Below are positions 62,901 to 64,000 of a stretch of DNA of 64,000 nt, piece by piece. Every line of letters starts with the position of its first letter. Position 1 is the stretch's first letter. The translations under genes and the position numbers were made by a program. This stretch comes from Microcoleus sp. (GTDB lineage Bacteria > Cyanobacteriota > Cyanobacteriia > Cyanobacteriales > Microcoleaceae), in assembly GCA_042408215.1 (NCBI GenBank), contig JAYFMW010000008.1:128001-192000 (forward strand), in the 5' to 3' direction. The notes beneath the pieces were generated by a model. It was not told where the DNA came from and did no database searches. It saw only the letters and a program-made list of their open reading frames with translations.

Positions 62901-64000
62901 CAGATTTCTGGCGACACCTTATCGGGGTCAACCGTCGGCATAATCGGAGCAATATACTCCGCACCCGGTTCCTCAAAAGAAGTTTCAGCCAGTTCTCGGA
63001 AGGCTTCAAGCTGCTCTGGCGTTAAATCATCAACCCTGAACCCTTGACCGCCAAACAACCCAAAATCTGGAGTTGCCCCCTTCAAATTCACCTCGTAACC
63101 CAAATCGGCCAAAGATGCAATAGTAACAGGGCTAATCGGCGCATTGCCAGCCTTGCCGCTGAAGTTCAAATCAGCCGTCATCACCTCATCTTGGAACAGC
63201 GCCTCATTCCAGTGGAAACCAGCCGAACCTTTACCCTCAGTTTCCAGAGAAATAGCATCAGTCAAACCGCCCAAATCTTTGAACGCATCAACCGCCTTTC
63301 CACCGTTATACTGAGCCAGTGGCGTACCCGCATAATTCACCAAACCCTTAGCTTCCCAAAGATTCCCAAAACCCAAAGCGTGTAAAAACTCGTGCTGCAC
63401 AACGCTAAACAACTTTCCAGAACGCTCCAACTCGGCAATATCCGCTGCATCAAACTGCACTAAAGATTGAGCGGGCAACATACTTCCGTAGCGCATGAAA
63501 TCAATTTTAGTTCGCGCTTGAGTGCCGCTGGCACCGTCAATATTGGCAGTGGAAATCTTGATATTGATATCGTCAATAATCTTGCCGTCAACCACTGCAC
63601 TCGGCAACCCTTTGCCAATTAATCCAGCCACACTTTTTGCAGCGGCTTGCATAATCGCTTGTTGCGAAGCACTCAGCGGCGTTTCATATTCCAGATCGAT
63701 ATTAAACGGCTCAGTCGCGGTACTCTCAAAACCAGAGAGAACGTAAGTTGCAGGATCGGCATTGCGTTGGTCAATTTTGACAATCACCTCTGCTGGTGCA
63801 TTGGCTGGCAACTGCAATTTATGACTGCCCTTGCTGAAGGATTGAGTCCCCAATAATTGTCCAGAAGTTGTCAGGTAGCTGACGGATAAGTCGCCTGAAA
63901 GGACGGAAAACTTAGCACCATTTAAGTAGCGACTGTCAACCCGATAAATATCCGACGGATCGACGCTGCTAACCTGATCGATGACATCTTCGGTAGCGGA
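59942..64000 (-). CDS. Polymorphic toxin (5' partial): zinc metallopeptidase, coiled coil, PPC domain, pre-toxin TG, C-terminal HNH-like nuclease
   Basis: Frame open to the window edge; HEFLHALGFG...HWNE...EVMT; DDYYRFTL...DADLVLYD; GMIPIAGEIGDVRD...GLVPVAG; DAHHAIPQ...SNIRG...IHQQIT. Confidence 0.8.
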   Translation of the reverse strand, partial: SATEDVIDQVSSVDPSDIYRVDSRYLNGAKFSVLSGDLSVSYLTTSGQLLGTQSFSKGSHKLQLPANAPAEVIVKIDQRNADPATYVLSGFESTATEPFNIDLEYETPLSASQQAIMQAAAKSVAGLIGKGLPSAVVDGKIIDDINIKISTANIDGASGTQARTKIDFMRYGSMLPAQSLVQFDAADIAELERSGKLFSVVQHEFLHALGFGNLWEAKGLVNYAGTPLAQYNGGKAVDAFKDLGGLTDAISLETEGKGSAGFHWNEALFQDEVMTADLNFSGKAGNAPISPVTIASLADLGYEVNLKGATPDFGLFGGQGFRVDDLTPEQLEAFRELAETSFEEPGAEYIAPIMPTVDPDKVSPEIWAHAERFSKNGEYYDWEKIVIGNWRQGHTISDYVLQRMTHPSKDDHRSAIAKANDPDYWRFISNKNGFPDPNWIVQGNEGWIPVWHPNYEQEQEAERLQREAELRQRQEEEARIRREQEEAFARDQERVRQEEEARRREAEAQQRELEDQQRRLREQMERRRQEEERRLEEARLAELARQAEIARQQGKGGLDWYLAKPMPEFGPVDPFETSLTGETVGHLVPDDYYRFTLSRGGRITAELKKLLADADLVLYDVRNEPIAYSMREGITDEQIIADLIPGTYMLRVNSPKGVTTDYELIVKFKHKLSQSEIGPPLGWKVGGNGNSGGGGGASGSLFSDSRIQRIYDTALANFSVPERAKANAKIAELEREKRSYEQQMQELLDQMNAEQRQKVHQALDDARHNANVWVDGIANPIKGQVDNLADGIINKANSFANSLENTVNQVPDYGIGWVKDRKNDAKWLIRQGRDAVTSAVNSARSWLRGKLIEIQNGVNSAIQQFFDTIKNAYRTGAEINQIIANAAQTFRTKVDQAVRGANNLIGEFKGHVLSATDWTKNLGINVDQYGVKFNFNVYNNIVKPAVDGVADGFQSTISGIGSGLKGIIDWIEPRTQKTVADIVNAILGDKTGHLWNQINGVDAKIAATRTGVEKAIKDQGNLYKRLLDDFVNGLGSASNFVIGALMGEFNNDPSIWQVLLDSAIGMIPIAGEIGDVRDLIAYTKKFIDNPSEMQDAWNWVGVVGSLVGLVPVAGGAIKGVTKVARNADFVTEMRKLGPTIVDAVVDFAKRTDWDSLATKSKNFYLKILDTIEGLLRKLNDGIRSFDNLLPKLGILQHEYVIGKLPNEGFFADLADNVRQLRREVPQKVDKAFAFLKGKVDEVVSSRVPAPDNYRGRYNADRAAKGQPRLPDDWDAHHAIPQFYKDHPEFQNFDYHAPSNIRGVKGSRADENIHQQITNDWAEFQRSNPSATRLQIENFAKQIDRQYSQHWFQ

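Overview
This window comes from a filamentous cyanobacterium, probably Oscillatoriales and Microcoleus-like. That is inferred from the abundant HIP1 GCGATCGC sites, Rubisco activase with an RbcS-like tail, and heptamer tandem repeats. Housekeeping anchors (rca, ffs SRP RNA, ftsZ-ftsQ, a TPM protein, cobH, dapB) are separated by conflict-gene islands: (i) an NB-ARC / GTPase / WD40 module; (ii) a toxin-antitoxin cassette array with HIP1-containing repeats at the junctions (5.9-9.2 kb); (iii) a DNA phosphorothioation locus (12-28.6 kb) with a PbeABCD-like restriction module, a second DGQHR gene, a frameshifted dndB, dndC, dndD and dndE, plus a GxxExxY gene and an 18-copy ~54-bp tandem repeat between dndC and dndD; (iv) a ~3000-codon, now broken, exoprotein gene ending in an ADP-ribosyltransferase-like tip, followed by orphan toxin tips and candidate immunity genes (Cys-rich proteins, pentapeptide repeats, OGFr-like); (v) a second cassette array (53-58 kb); (vi) a second polymorphic toxin (metallopeptidase, PPC, pre-toxin TG, HNH-like tip) with SUKH immunity, running off the right edge. 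Several small genes (four-helix bundle, DUF559, GxxExxY) are bracketed or followed by inverted repeat families. All family assignments are from motif recognition by eye; no searches were run.
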